Source: an uncultured virus (IMG/VR IMGVR_UViG_2522572172_000008) (lineage: Duplodnaviria; Heunggongvirae; Uroviricota; Caudoviricetes). Taken from it: a stretch of 64,000 nt of DNA. Positions 1 through 10,133 of this stretch are shown here, one piece after another. Both the position numbers and the translations under genes were made by a program. Where the stretch lies: IMG/VR virus record IMGVR_UViG_2522572172_000008; one strand, 5' to 3'. Numbering within the stretch: position 1 is the stretch's first letter; the number at the start of each line of letters is the position of its first letter. Below the pieces are notes generated by a model. It had not been told where the DNA came from. It worked only from the letters and a program-made list of their open reading frames with translations, and did not search any database.

Positions 1-600
1 TTAATAATGTGAATTCTCCATTCTATACTTAGCAAATTCGAATGTCTCATAGCTAATTGGATATCCGAGTTCTTTCACCTCTACTATTACTTCTTTTTCT
101 ATTATCTCATCCTTATCTAAAACCTGTAAAACAAATACTTTTTCTTCTTCATTACTATTTATATATTTACAAACTTTATTTTCTCCATCTACTTCCCGAA
201 TCATAAAAGGTTTTTCTTCTAAAGAAAATTTAGCTTTATTCATTTTAAAGAAATCCCAATCGAATTCTCCATCCTTGATTCGACCAAACTTAGAAAAATC
301 AGCATCTCTCATGTAGTACCCTTCCTCAGTGCCACCTAACGCACCTTTTTCATACCCATAACACTGACAATTTGTAGCAAAGTCACAAGTAGGTGATAAA
401 TCGCAAGAACCACAGCAACGGTTATCTTGAAAAACTGGACATTGATTTTCTTCTAAAGGGATTCGAAACGCCTCTCTTCTTCTTTCGTTACGTCTTCCCA
501 AGTTTGTACACTCAAATACTTCTCTTTTCCGTAAACTATGCTTTTCATCATGCTTATCCACAATTCTTCTCAACATATTAATTAATACACTCATTTTCAT
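1..600 (-). CDS. Hypothetical protein with Cys-rich patch
   Basis: 199 aa ORF, AGGAGG RBS, CCGSCDLSPTCDFATNCQC cluster. Confidence 0.75.
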   Translation of the reverse strand: MKMSVLINMLRRIVDKHDEKHSLRKREVFECTNLGRRNERRREAFRIPLEENQCPVFQDNRCCGSCDLSPTCDFATNCQCYGYEKGALGGTEEGYYMRDADFSKFGRIKDGEFDWDFFKMNKAKFSLEEKPFMIREVDGENKVCKYINSNEEEKVFVLQVLDKDEIIEKEVIVEVKELGYPISYETFEFAKYRMENSHY

Positions 601-623
601 ATCCTCCTAAAATCAATTCAAAT

Positions 624-655
624 AAATACCTGTTTTTTATCTTCCAGACATTATA
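624..655 (-). promoter_or_regulatory. Motif A promoter (TATAAT then AAAACAGGTATTT)
   Basis: + strand aaatacctgtttttt 624-638; -10 (attata) 650-655. Confidence 0.7.
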
Positions 656-811
656 TGCAATTAGTATAAAATCTAAAAGTATGTAGATATAAATAAAAGA
701 ATACATATTAAACAAAATAACTATATTGATAAAAAACAAAGAAAAAGTGAGTGTTTTTATGGGGAAAATGCATTCGACAAATCATTTTATCTATAGATAG
801 GAGGTGATGTT

Positions 812-1204
812 ATGACAAAGGATTGTTTTTTATTAATCTTTTTTATCATTAATGTTATTCCAGCAATAAAATTAGTTTATGTGGCTACTCGTCCTTTAAA
901 TACTTATAATGCAAGAGAATGGAAAAATAGATTTATTAAACATTGTTTTATACTAAGTTGCACTTCGTTCTTTTGTCTTATGACTATGTTACTTTTTTTT
1001 GGAACTAATGGCTTGTTTAACTTTTTAACAGGTATGTTAATGACATCTTTTATCATATTTATGTTCAGTTTTCTCTTTTCTTTAATGAAAGAAATAAAAT
1101 TTCTTTCATTATTAAATCAAAACAAATTATTTATTCTTTTTTTAACAGTAGTTGGGGTTTTATCTTCGTACTATCAAGGTGTATTTTTACATTATATTAT
1201 ATGA
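812..1204 (+). CDS. Small multi-pass membrane protein
   Basis: AGGAGGTG RBS, about 4 hydrophobic segments, terminator follows. Confidence 0.75.
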   Translation: MTKDCFLLIFFIINVIPAIKLVYVATRPLNTYNAREWKNRFIKHCFILSCTSFFCLMTMLLFFGTNGLFNFLTGMLMTSFIIFMFSFLFSLMKEIKFLSLLNQNKLFILFLTVVGVLSSYYQGVFLHYII

Positions 1205-1212
1205 ATTTAATA

Positions 1213-1242
1213 TAAGAGCAGGTATTCACCTGTTCTTTTTTA
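1213..1242 (+). terminator. Intrinsic terminator
   Basis: aagagcaggt-attc-acctgttctt plus T run. Confidence 0.7.
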
Positions 1243-1356
1243 CTATCTACAATTGTCAGACATTTTTTGAGAAAATTAAGTTTTTCGAATATTTAATTTA
1301 CTAAAACCTGGTTTATTGATATGATTTAATTACAACATTTGGGAAGAGGGGATTTT

Positions 1357-2451
1357 ATGAACACTAAGTTTTTGACCCAAGAAGCTTTGGCTAAACTCTT
1401 AGATGAATGGTATAGAGAGATAAAAAAACAAAATGTCGATATGGCCACGAAATTACGAGAAGAAGTAGTTGGATATGTCAAAAATAATAAGTTGAGTGAA
1501 ACATCTCAATTCCATTATCACTTAATCTCATTTCGCCATCAGGTTCTAACGGATGGCATTCATATTGGGCAAGACTCATTTGATAAAATCAATGAGTTTC
1601 CAGTTCCTTCAGATAACGTATTATCCTACTATTATCACTTATTCAAAGCGATTTACTGCACTTTCTTATTGAACATAAAAGAAGCTCATTATCATTTTGA
1701 TGAAGCATCTTACCTCTTAGAGAGTATTTCGGATGAATTAGAAAAGGCAGAGTTCTATTATCGAACTGCTGTATTGTATCACCATAATAACCAATCTATG
1801 TTGGCAATTAAAAATACATTAAAGGCGAAAGAAATTTATGAACAATATCCAGGGAACGAATTGAATATAGCATCCTGCGAAAACGCATTTGCCTCTACAT
1901 GTGTTTTATTACAACAATTTGAACAAGCTGAAGAGAGCTACAATACAGCTATTAATATATTACAAAAAGCAAATAAAAGCGATTTAGTCCTACGCATACG
2001 AAATAACTTGGGTTGGCTTTATGCGAGTCAAAATCTATCTGAATTGGCAATACGTCACTTATCTGAAGTATCAGAGAGCATACCGCATCATTTTAAAGCT
2101 ATTTTTCTACAGGCCAGAGAGTATTACAAATTAAATGAACTAACAACAGCAGAAACATTTATTGAAAAAGGTTCTTCTATCTGTCAACAGTTAGGAAATG
2201 AAGAATACAAATGGCATTTTGCTATTTTAAAAGCATTAACAAGTGGAGCTTCTATTGAAGAAACTGAGGAAGTCGTATCGTTAGGAATTACTTATTTTGA
2301 AAAAGAAAGTCTATGGGAATATGTAAATGAATATAGTGAAATGTTAGCAGTGAAATACTACAGTGTAGAGAATCATCTAAAAGCTTCTCATTATTTCTTT
2401 AAGGCACATGAAGCGAAAAAAGAATTAGATAAAAAAGGAGCGTTACAGTGA
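1357..2451 (+). CDS. rap: Rap family TPR response-regulator aspartate phosphatase
   Basis: LLDEWY N-terminus, FRHQ motif, EKAEFYY, TPR helices, overlapping phr-like ORF. Confidence 0.9.
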   Translation: MNTKFLTQEALAKLLDEWYREIKKQNVDMATKLREEVVGYVKNNKLSETSQFHYHLISFRHQVLTDGIHIGQDSFDKINEFPVPSDNVLSYYYHLFKAIYCTFLLNIKEAHYHFDEASYLLESISDELEKAEFYYRTAVLYHHNNQSMLAIKNTLKAKEIYEQYPGNELNIASCENAFASTCVLLQQFEQAEESYNTAINILQKANKSDLVLRIRNNLGWLYASQNLSELAIRHLSEVSESIPHHFKAIFLQAREYYKLNELTTAETFIEKGSSICQQLGNEEYKWHFAILKALTSGASIEETEEVVSLGITYFEKESLWEYVNEYSEMLAVKYYSVENHLKASHYFFKAHEAKKELDKKGALQ

Positions 2452-2600
2452 TGAAAAAATTCAAAATTGCCCTATTAGGTTTTGTATCTGTAGCTGTATT
2501 ATCACTTGGATTGAATTCTGGAACCGAAACACAAAAGGCGTCCTCTGTTACCGAGAGTCCAACTCATGTTATTTACTACTCACACGCTGATGTTTGGTAA
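2451..2600 (+). CDS. phr: Phr signalling pro-peptide, 49 aa (not in ORF track)
   Basis: Start overlaps rap stop; MKKFKIALLGFVSVAVLSLGL signal peptide; C-terminus IYYSHADVW. Confidence 0.85.
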   Translation: MKKFKIALLGFVSVAVLSLGLNSGTETQKASSVTESPTHVIYYSHADVW

Positions 2601-2618
2601 GTTATGTTCCTAACATAC

Positions 2619-2654
2619 AAAAAGGAGATAGATTCGTTTCTACCTCCTTTTTTT
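2619..2654. terminator. Bidirectional terminator
   Basis: aaaaggagataga...tctacctcctttt between convergent genes. Confidence 0.6.
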
Positions 2655-3074
2655 CTATTTAACCTTAAAAATTCTGTAACAATAGATTTCATCAATATGG
2701 TCTTCATCATATAAATAATCGGCAGTCGATGTTTGTGTGCCGATGTATTTTCCCCACTTACACCATCTCCAACCACCCCATGGAGACTGGTCCAGCTTCC
2801 TTACTCTTGTCAAAGCAACTACATATTTCTCTTTCGACGTTTCTAATTCAGGAATATACTCTAAAATTTGTTGAGGATTATCGCAAACACCATTGCAACT
2901 AACATCACGTTCTTCTGTGTCTACAATCGGTTCATACTTATCAATAACCTGAACACCACAAATTTCTAATAAGAAATGAAAATTAAATTCAAATCCTGAT
3001 TTCGCTAAATACATTCCTTTACCAATTCTCATTTTATTCCTACGCTTTTTTAACGCCTTTAAATCTACTAACAT
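2655..3074 (-). CDS. Phage-type hypothetical protein
   Basis: GWRWCKWGKYIG aromatic motif; coupled to upstream ORF. Confidence 0.7.
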   Translation of the reverse strand: MLVDLKALKKRRNKMRIGKGMYLAKSGFEFNFHFLLEICGVQVIDKYEPIVDTEERDVSCNGVCDNPQQILEYIPELETSKEKYVVALTRVRKLDQSPWGGWRWCKWGKYIGTQTSTADYLYDEDHIDEIYCYRIFKVK

Positions 3075-3499
3075 TAGGATTCACAAGCTTCTCTATTCGT
3101 TTCGATGTTCTTATTTTTTTGCTCTTCTAATTCTTGTAGTAATTTTTGAATTCCTTCAATTGATTCGAGTTTTTCACTCTTTAAATCTCTTGTATGTTCA
3201 TATTCTTTAAACACCATCGAAAGTAATTCTTCCATAGATAACATAGATTTAGAAAGTCCTTTTCTTTTAAGGAATTTCCAAAGAAGTTCTTGCAATAGAT
3301 AATTCTCCACTGATTGAATATTTAATGTACGCAAATTATAATATTCATCCTCTAATAGTTCATTTTTATTTGGACTCTTTTCGATTTTCAAAAGAGGTTT
3401 ATAAATATTTATAGCATGATTCAAATATCCCCTTTCAACATCGGACAAAGAATCATAACGGTTCGCCATTTCTATTAAAATCGAAGGTCTTAACTTCAT
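3074..3499 (-). CDS. Hypothetical protein
   Basis: 141 aa ORF in operon. Confidence 0.7.
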   Translation of the reverse strand: MKLRPSILIEMANRYDSLSDVERGYLNHAINIYKPLLKIEKSPNKNELLEDEYYNLRTLNIQSVENYLLQELLWKFLKRKGLSKSMLSMEELLSMVFKEYEHTRDLKSEKLESIEGIQKLLQELEEQKNKNIETNREACES

Positions 3500-3501
3500 T
3501 C

Positions 3502-3990
3502 CTACTTCATCCCCTCTGCTTGATTCAAGTAATCCAATCCCTTTTTGTACCGCTTCTGTAGACTTTTATGTTTTTCAGTAATAACAGGGATACGAGTCAA
3601 ATCCATATTGTGCAAGATATCTTCTTTCTTTACCTTACGACCAAGTTCATCTCCAGAAGAGCGTTTAACGAATTCCATATAGGTTTCATCAGGTCTACGA
3701 GTAACAGAATCAATACCCTGAATGATTCTTTCTGGGAACCCTTCTGAACGGAAAAATTCATCTGTTAGTCCTGCATCCTCTTTTGTATCATGTAAAACCC
3801 CTACTATCTTCTCATCAATCGTTTCTAACTGATTCACCACATGCAGAGGGTGTAAAATGTATGGATTTCCACCTTTATCTGTCTGTCCTTCATGAGCCTC
3901 AAATGCGATTTGAATGGCTTTTTGTAATAGAGGATATCCTTCAGCTTTTTTTATTTCTTCTTTCACTATTTGCACAATCTCTTTAGTCAT
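3502..3990 (-). CDS. Stand-alone HD-domain (p)ppGpp hydrolase-like protein (SAH/Mesh1-like)
   Basis: AHEGQTDKGGNPYILHP, LHDTKED, KKEDILHNMD. Confidence 0.85.
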   Translation of the reverse strand: MTKEIVQIVKEEIKKAEGYPLLQKAIQIAFEAHEGQTDKGGNPYILHPLHVVNQLETIDEKIVGVLHDTKEDAGLTDEFFRSEGFPERIIQGIDSVTRRPDETYMEFVKRSSGDELGRKVKKEDILHNMDLTRIPVITEKHKSLQKRYKKGLDYLNQAEGMK

Positions 3991-4026
3991 ACTAAACCGC
4001 TCCTTTAGCAAACAATCCATATATAT

Positions 4027-4749
4027 TTATAATCCTTTCGAAATTCCATATTTCTCAACAAACTCATAGAAGTTACTATCAGGTTGAATATTTAACGCTA
4101 ATTTAGCAAATCCATCTGCTAATTCATTAAAATCATCACCAGTATGTGCATCTACTTTACAGAACGTCACCTCAATATCAGGGTTTTCAGCAAAGAATTT
4201 CTGCATCCATTGATAATAAGTCTCCGAAAATTTATTATCTCTTTTCCAATATCCAGTAGCGTGGAGAGCAACACCTTCATAATCAAAGAAAATGACCAAC
4301 TTTTTAGGCTTTTTCTTTTTCGCTACTAAAAGAGCTTTCATCGTACCAAGTAATTCTCCACCTATTTGTTGCATAGTAACTGCATCTTTATTACTTCCCA
4401 CGCCATTATCAACATAAACAACTGTTTTTCCACCTTCTACACAAATCAATCCATATGAGTAATTCTCGATTTCTTTACTAAAACTTCCGTCAACATAACA
4501 ATGAAGAGCATCTTTTGGATAAGACTCCTCACTTTTATGTATGTATGGGGCATCTTTTTGCAGGAACGCTTCAGCTTCTTCTCTTGTAGGGAAGCCTTTG
4601 TATTCAGAAGCAATACCATGCGATTTCTTATTCACACCTTGAACCAATGATGCAGTTTCATTCCACGAAGTTAAAATTAAATTTGAAACAACCTCATTCT
4701 TTTGTTTATCAAATCCCTTTTTGACTGCATAAAATTTATTTTTAGCCAT
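4027..4749 (-). CDS. rnhA: Ribonuclease HI with N-terminal hybrid-binding (viroplasmin) domain
   Basis: KFYAVKKG...YKGFPTREEA; YVDGS, GEL, FDYEG, KVDAHTGDDFNELAD. Confidence 0.9.
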   Translation of the reverse strand: MAKNKFYAVKKGFDKQKNEVVSNLILTSWNETASLVQGVNKKSHGIASEYKGFPTREEAEAFLQKDAPYIHKSEESYPKDALHCYVDGSFSKEIENYSYGLICVEGGKTVVYVDNGVGSNKDAVTMQQIGGELLGTMKALLVAKKKKPKKLVIFFDYEGVALHATGYWKRDNKFSETYYQWMQKFFAENPDIEVTFCKVDAHTGDDFNELADGFAKLALNIQPDSNFYEFVEKYGISKGL

Positions 4750-4835
4750 GTCACATCTCTCCCTATAATATATTTAATAGTTCTTCTTTATATAAAAGTG
4801 TTTGAAACGCTGTAATTTAACTATCCTTTTAGTAA

Positions 4836-4864
4836 ATCATACATTTTAAATTAACTATAGTCAA
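4836..4864 (-). promoter_or_regulatory. Motif B promoter (palindrome on -35)
   Basis: ttaactatagtcaa 4851-4864; minus strand TTGACT-17-TATGAT. Confidence 0.75.
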
Positions 4865-4944
4865 CACAAAAAGGCGTATAAAAATCATACACCTTTTTCA
4901 ATTCAACTTATCTTATTCTGTCATAATGTAGAGTTCCAATACAA

Positions 4945-5733
4945 TTAACTGAATCTCAATCCTAATTTAGATATAATATCAATCTCATCAAATCCTGCTA
5001 ATTCATTATTTCTCCATGAATACGAATGTATGAACCAGGATAACGTTTGTTTTACCATGTTAAGGTAGAATAATAAATCAACATGTAAATCATGATTGGT
5101 TTTACCTTCTATAGAATCTTGATAAGACACCCTATCCGAATTTGGCTTAAGGTTAACATTACCTAACCAAAATGCAATTTGTTTGAATCGGTCTTGTAAA
5201 TCCTTAGGCTTCTTATAAACCACAGCCATATATAATCTTTTCTTTTCTTCTCTTTCATCTAAACAGTAAATGCTTTCTTCTCCTTCGATTATTTTAGATT
5301 TTAATAAAGAAGGACGATTTGCATTGCTTGAGAAAGTATTTGATTTTGTTATCGAAAAACATTCCTGTATAATGCCATTTATTTCTTCCCTATGCTCGCT
5401 TGTAAATGGTGCATAAGCAAAGCGTTCATGAGTTAGATAGTCTAATGCTAACAGAAGCGTTTCTATAACGATTAATAGTTGTTCTTCCATCGCTCCTTCT
5501 TCTTTTAATTTCGGTAGCATCTCTATTAATTCTTGCGTATACATATATATAAGATGTCGTTCATGAAAGCTTTCAGGAGATAATAAGTCTACTTCGTCAT
5601 GTAAGTAAGGCAACCATTCTTTTTCAATTGCTAATTTTACCTCATCACCATCTTTAGCGTAATGATGCAGAGATAGTAGTTTCGTTCCATTTTTGAATTC
5701 TTCAGCTATGATATTCTTGATTTCTGTTGTCAT
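4945..5733 (-). CDS. Hypothetical protein
   Basis: 262 aa ORF. Confidence 0.75.
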   Translation of the reverse strand: MTTEIKNIIAEEFKNGTKLLSLHHYAKDGDEVKLAIEKEWLPYLHDEVDLLSPESFHERHLIYMYTQELIEMLPKLKEEGAMEEQLLIVIETLLLALDYLTHERFAYAPFTSEHREEINGIIQECFSITKSNTFSSNANRPSLLKSKIIEGEESIYCLDEREEKKRLYMAVVYKKPKDLQDRFKQIAFWLGNVNLKPNSDRVSYQDSIEGKTNHDLHVDLLFYLNMVKQTLSWFIHSYSWRNNELAGFDEIDIISKLGLRFS

Positions 5734-5895
5734 AATTGCACCTATCCTTTTTCATATGTAAATTAACTACACCTTTTGTATAAACCTTCTCTATTTTAGC
5801 AAAGTTGTATCTGCTTCATAACTAATTACATTATTCAATTTATATAAAACAATAAAAAGAGTAGCTATCTGTATAAAACAGCTACTCTCCTGATT

Positions 5896-6348
5896 TTATT
5901 TTAGTTCTTTATAATCTACTGGTAGTTCTGATGGAAGGTTTTTATCCTTGAAAAGATTACGATTCACTTTAGAACTATTAGAATTGTAATCTTTAACAAT
6001 ACTTTGATATTGCATAAGATACCCATCTATGTTTTGTTGTAAGAAAGAATGTTTTTCACGAATATCTTTTGTCCATGTGCTTGGCTCACCATATAAAGAT
6101 TCTATATCTTTTAAACTCTTCTCAGCGTTTTTAATGTTTTGAACCATCGCTTTTGCTCCGTTATATCCATCTTTAAACTGTTCATAGTTTGTTAGTGCAT
6201 TATCGGCATTAAGCGTTTTGTCAATGACTCCTGTTGTCGTGTCTACTGCTTTATTTGCTACATGTGCGGGAAAAAAGATAACTTTCACTGCTACACCTAA
6301 AAATGATAAAGCAAAAAGGGTCAGAATAATTTTAAATGTAGTTTTCAT
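5896..6348 (-). CDS. Membrane-anchored coiled-coil protein
   Basis: N-terminal TM, helical body; coupled to upstream lipoprotein. Confidence 0.75.
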   Translation of the reverse strand: MKTTFKIILTLFALSFLGVAVKVIFFPAHVANKAVDTTTGVIDKTLNADNALTNYEQFKDGYNGAKAMVQNIKNAEKSLKDIESLYGEPSTWTKDIREKHSFLQQNIDGYLMQYQSIVKDYNSNSSKVNRNLFKDKNLPSELPVDYKELK

Positions 6349-6980
6349 TATTGATTCTCCCCTTGTTCTTTTGGATTTGAAACTTGAACCTTTTCGTTAT
6401 TTTTCGAAAGTTCCTCCATTTGTTTATTAGCTACTTCCATCTGTTTTTTATATTGAGTTGTGTTTTGTTGTTCAGACTCATCAACTTGTGTAGAAATAGT
6501 GCCATACCCTTCTTCAATCTTATAAGGAACAGGACTAACAAAATAATCCCCTCTATGCTGATGAATAAGACCAGCAGGGTCAAACCAAAAAACATACGTT
6601 TCACTTGAGCCATATGTGCCCATTTCATCTGGTGCCTCTACAAGTGTACCTGTCCCTGAACTATACGCTTGCGATGTAGTAAGTCTTTTATTTCCACTGG
6701 TTACTTTCCCCTTTACAGGAAAACGACCAATTACACGACCTGCACTCATAGGATAAATCCATTGAAGAGTATTGGGGTCATTTGACACCAATATACGTTG
6801 ACGAATATTTTCACGTTCCAAACTCTTAGTAATATTAGGTGTTTTTGTTTCCCCCATTAAATGTTTTGCATTTGCAACTTTCGCTTGTTGCTGTCTGCTC
6901 ATTTCATCATCTTCTACACAACCTGTTAACATAACTGTTGCAATTGCCATTGGTATTACAAATTTAAGCGTCTTCTTCAT
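6348..6980 (-). CDS. Lipoprotein
   Basis: Lipobox LTGC after MKKTLKF signal; APDEMGTYGSS motif. Confidence 0.8.
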   Translation of the reverse strand: MKKTLKFVIPMAIATVMLTGCVEDDEMSRQQQAKVANAKHLMGETKTPNITKSLERENIRQRILVSNDPNTLQWIYPMSAGRVIGRFPVKGKVTSGNKRLTTSQAYSSGTGTLVEAPDEMGTYGSSETYVFWFDPAGLIHQHRGDYFVSPVPYKIEEGYGTISTQVDESEQQNTTQYKKQMEVANKQMEELSKNNEKVQVSNPKEQGENQ

Positions 6981-7042
6981 TTTTCTTTTTTCTCCTCTCA
7001 TGTCCTTCATTACCAATCCGAAATTTCAAGTTTTACAATTAA

Positions 7043-7072
7043 ATCATATATTTATTCGTTGACTATTGTCAA
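7043..7072 (-). promoter_or_regulatory. Motif B promoter
   Basis: ttgactattgtcaa 7059-7072; TTGACA-18-TATGAT. Confidence 0.7.
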
Positions 7073-7133
7073 TGAAATTATTTTATAAAATAAAAAAGAA
7101 CGCAAGGATTAACCATACGTTCTTTTACAGACC

Positions 7134-7631
7134 TTATTTTTTCACAACTAAGAATTTGTAATCATCAAAATATGTAGAGTCATCTACCACAATTAGATTA
7201 AAGAATTTTAAAATTTTATCTAATGAAGTATGACATTCATCCCACATATTCGTATTGCTAATAATCGCTTGTTCTGTTTGCCCAACTACGATTGCATAAA
7301 TCTCATTTAGACCTTGCTTTAAAATGGAAATATCGCCTTCAATATCTCTTCCATCGTCTTCTAATTCACGAATTCGTTCAATTTCATCTTGTACGATTTC
7401 ATAATCAAAGATACTTGCAGGGTTATAGTCATAACTTGCGATAGGTTCATCTTCATTCCCTTGATAGTTATGAATTCTAAAATTATCATTATCCGAATCT
7501 AATTCAACTACAGTAACAAGCTCTCCATTAATCATGATTTTAATAGATGGATATGCATCATCATTTACTGCAATTGCTGAGATTTCACCTTTTCCTGTAT
7601 TGATTGTCATTTTGTTTTTAACTGTTGTCAT
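7134..7631 (-). CDS. Acidic hypothetical protein
   Basis: GGAGG RBS; motif A upstream. Confidence 0.75.
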   Translation of the reverse strand: MTTVKNKMTINTGKGEISAIAVNDDAYPSIKIMINGELVTVVELDSDNDNFRIHNYQGNEDEPIASYDYNPASIFDYEIVQDEIERIRELEDDGRDIEGDISILKQGLNEIYAIVVGQTEQAIISNTNMWDECHTSLDKILKFFNLIVVDDSTYFDDYKFLVVKK

Positions 7632-7664
7632 TTCATTTTCCTCCAATATTAATTCATTTAATTT

Positions 7665-7680
7665 AAAATACCTGTTTTAT
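7665..7680 (-). promoter_or_regulatory. Motif A
   Basis: aaaatacctgttttat. Confidence 0.65.
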
Positions 7681-7692
7681 AACTTACTGTTA

Positions 7693-7878
7693 TTAAGTAA
7701 GCTTTCCTCTTGTTTCTATACAATTTCTAATCAGACTTGAAAAATCTTCTAATGCATAGTTAAATCCATTCATTTCAGAAATTATTATATTAAACTCCTC
7801 ATCCTTAATACACTCTTCCTCTAAATCTAACAGTACCTTATTTAATTGATTTAATAATAAAATTTGTTTTGCATTCAT
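7693..7878 (-). CDS. Small hypothetical protein
   Basis: GGAGGA RBS, 61 aa. Confidence 0.65.
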   Translation of the reverse strand: MNAKQILLLNQLNKVLLDLEEECIKDEEFNIIISEMNGFNYALEDFSSLIRNCIETRGKLT

Positions 7879-7907
7879 TGTAAATCCTCCATTAATATAA
7901 TTGATTT

Positions 7908-7938
7908 CAATACCTGTTTTATAAATTCAATTATTATA
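7908..7938 (-). promoter_or_regulatory. Motif A promoter
   Basis: caatacctgttttat, attata 7933-7938. Confidence 0.7.
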
Positions 7939-8006
7939 TGTATATACAGAGTAATTTATCTATGCAAAAGAAAAAGACTATAGATATTTCTATAGTCCTT
8001 ACCTAC

Positions 8007-8486
8007 TTATAACGATTTAATAAAATCTAAATTGTTTTTTATGAACGAGATTGTTTTCATTTTTACTTTCGAATCTTTTTCATCTTTTAATCTTTCAAGA
8101 AGTTCTCTATCTATATCTGATAGACTTGATGCTTCCAAATTAAATTCATAGAAATCTAATTCATTCGGTTCGTTATTGTCCTTTATGTACCAACCACCAA
8201 AATGTTTTACAATAGATTCTATTACTTCAAATGAGCATCCACCCTTACTCATATCAATTAAGACTAACTCTCCATTATGACCTGTTTCCTCCACATAGTC
8301 CCGATTATTGGTGAAAAATGAAAGAACTCTTTTCTCAATCGTTACTTTCTCTGTAAAGTATATTTCCAGATATCTGTCCGTAACATGTTCTACCCTTGCA
8401 TCATTACAAATGTTTTCTTTTATGTAGTGAAAAACATCCCACACTGAAATATTTTCGTTTAATAATCCTGTTGTACATGCACCCAT
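8007..8486 (-). CDS. Hypothetical protein, paralog of 9055-9405
   Basis: Shared D(V/I)xxxIKE and (H/E)FGG motifs. Confidence 0.75.
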   Translation of the reverse strand: MGACTTGLLNENISVWDVFHYIKENICNDARVEHVTDRYLEIYFTEKVTIEKRVLSFFTNNRDYVEETGHNGELVLIDMSKGGCSFEVIESIVKHFGGWYIKDNNEPNELDFYEFNLEASSLSDIDRELLERLKDEKDSKVKMKTISFIKNNLDFIKSL

Positions 8487-8648
8487 TGTTATGAGCCTCC
8501 TATAATAAATTTTTAAAAAAATCCCTTATTTCTATAATTCATGTATTATACTGACTCTATTCATCTCATATTCCAGATGTCTCTATTCAAGTACAAAAAA
8601 GAAGCAAAGGATTATACCTTCACTTCTTCCTCTTTCTCTTTTCCATCC

Positions 8649-8987
8649 TTATTCATCTAACTCCACTAATTCACATGTAAAGTCTTCATTAACCTCAAAT
8701 CCATAAGTTCCTAACAAATCTCCAAGGTCACTCAGAAATTTGTCCTTTTCATCTTCTGAAATAGACTTTCCACTTTTATTTAGCAAGCAATTTAATTGAA
8801 TGCCCATTGGTTTTCCTTCTATAATCTCATCTAATTCGTAATCACTTAGTTCTTGTTCTGTTAATGGTCTATTATATGCTATGGACCCGAATCTTCCATA
8901 GTCGTCATTTCTATCAATAAAACCTTTCGGCTGACAACCAAGGCTAAATCCTCTTAATCTATACGCATACCAATATAATGTACTCAT
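8649..8987 (-). CDS. DarA C-terminal-like domain protein
   Basis: YxYRLRGFSLGCQPKG...FGSIAYNRPLTEQELSDYEL resembles DarA_C. Confidence 0.55.
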   Translation of the reverse strand: MSTLYWYAYRLRGFSLGCQPKGFIDRNDDYGRFGSIAYNRPLTEQELSDYELDEIIEGKPMGIQLNCLLNKSGKSISEDEKDKFLSDLGDLLGTYGFEVNEDFTCELVELDE

Positions 8988-9054
8988 TACTTACACCATC
9001 CTAATTAATTTTGTATTTTTATATGTTAAAGTCTACATTTACAATACCTTCTAT

Positions 9055-9405
9055 TTAATACTTAACCATTTCCTTTAATTTATGTTGATTTACTGCAAAA
9101 CATCCTCCAAACTCTTTTACAATACCATGAATGATGTCAGGAGCTCCATACCCTCTCATACTAAGGAACACATGTGGACTATTCATTTCTGTGTACTCAT
9201 AATCTTCCTTATACACTTCATTAAAATATATTTCTCCCGTATATGTTCTGTCCTCTACTTGATATTTAACATCCATTAAGCCACTTGTATTCAAAAAAGA
9301 AAAACGTCTGATTCTTAAAACCTCAGCATATTTCTCTTTAATCACCTTTAAAATATCATCAAATACTACAGCTTTTTTTACATATCCATTTGAGTTTACA
9401 TTCAT
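9055..9405 (-). CDS. Hypothetical protein, paralog of 8007-8486
   Basis: Shared motifs; GGGAG RBS. Confidence 0.7.
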   Translation of the reverse strand: MNVNSNGYVKKAVVFDDILKVIKEKYAEVLRIRRFSFLNTSGLMDVKYQVEDRTYTGEIYFNEVYKEDYEYTEMNSPHVFLSMRGYGAPDIIHGIVKEFGGCFAVNQHKLKEMVKY

Positions 9406-9436
9406 TTACACTCTCTCCCTTTTGATTAGATTCATT

Positions 9437-9470
9437 GAAACACCTGTTTTTTATATTCATTGCTATTATA
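9437..9470 (-). promoter_or_regulatory. Motif A promoter
   Basis: gaaacacctgtttttt, attata 9465-9470. Confidence 0.65.
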
Positions 9471-9529
9471 GAAATATATTTAATCTCCTATTCAAAAAAG
9501 AAGCATTTAAATTATGCTTCTTCATACAT

Positions 9530-10078
9530 TTACTTATTCTCTTTAAAAATCTTGTGTATCATTTCTTGATGATACGCTCGAAACTCTTGTAGTCTTTGAT
9601 TATATTCCTCTACTAATTTTTTCTTTTCTTCTGTTACCGCAGTATGGGTTGTAATTCGTTTTTTTAACCGTAATGGCGAACGACCTCCATTTGCTTCAAT
9701 TAGAATTTCTTCCTTTTCAATGAATTCTTTTTCTGAAATTCCAGAATTCGAAGACAGTAAGTGGGAGCCTAATAAGAAGAATCTTTTTGGCGTATCTACT
9801 TTCTTTTTAGAAATCCCTAAGTATTCTTTTAAGGCCCTTAAATGTCTTCCTCTTGCTCTAATAATTTTGTTGTAATCCAAGTCCTCTTTTCTCTTATCTA
9901 TTAAAATCTTATTCACACATTCCTTGTCTAAATATATATTTTTTAACTCCAATTCAGAGTTCCATACTGTTTCCCATTTTTGATAATTATGATAACAAGC
10001 TCTATTTACATAACCGCCATCTGTTACATCTGATACTATATACATCCCATTCTCTTCATTAATTTTCAAATTTGACAT
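9530..10078 (-). CDS. Hypothetical protein
   Basis: GGAGGAG RBS. Confidence 0.7.
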   Translation of the reverse strand: MSNLKINEENGMYIVSDVTDGGYVNRACYHNYQKWETVWNSELELKNIYLDKECVNKILIDKRKEDLDYNKIIRARGRHLRALKEYLGISKKKVDTPKRFFLLGSHLLSSNSGISEKEFIEKEEILIEANGGRSPLRLKKRITTHTAVTEEKKKLVEEYNQRLQEFRAYHQEMIHKIFKENK

Positions 10079-10133
10079 TTTAAAGCACTCCTCCATGTAT
10101 TTTTATAAAAAAAGAGACGAATTTTCGTCTCTT

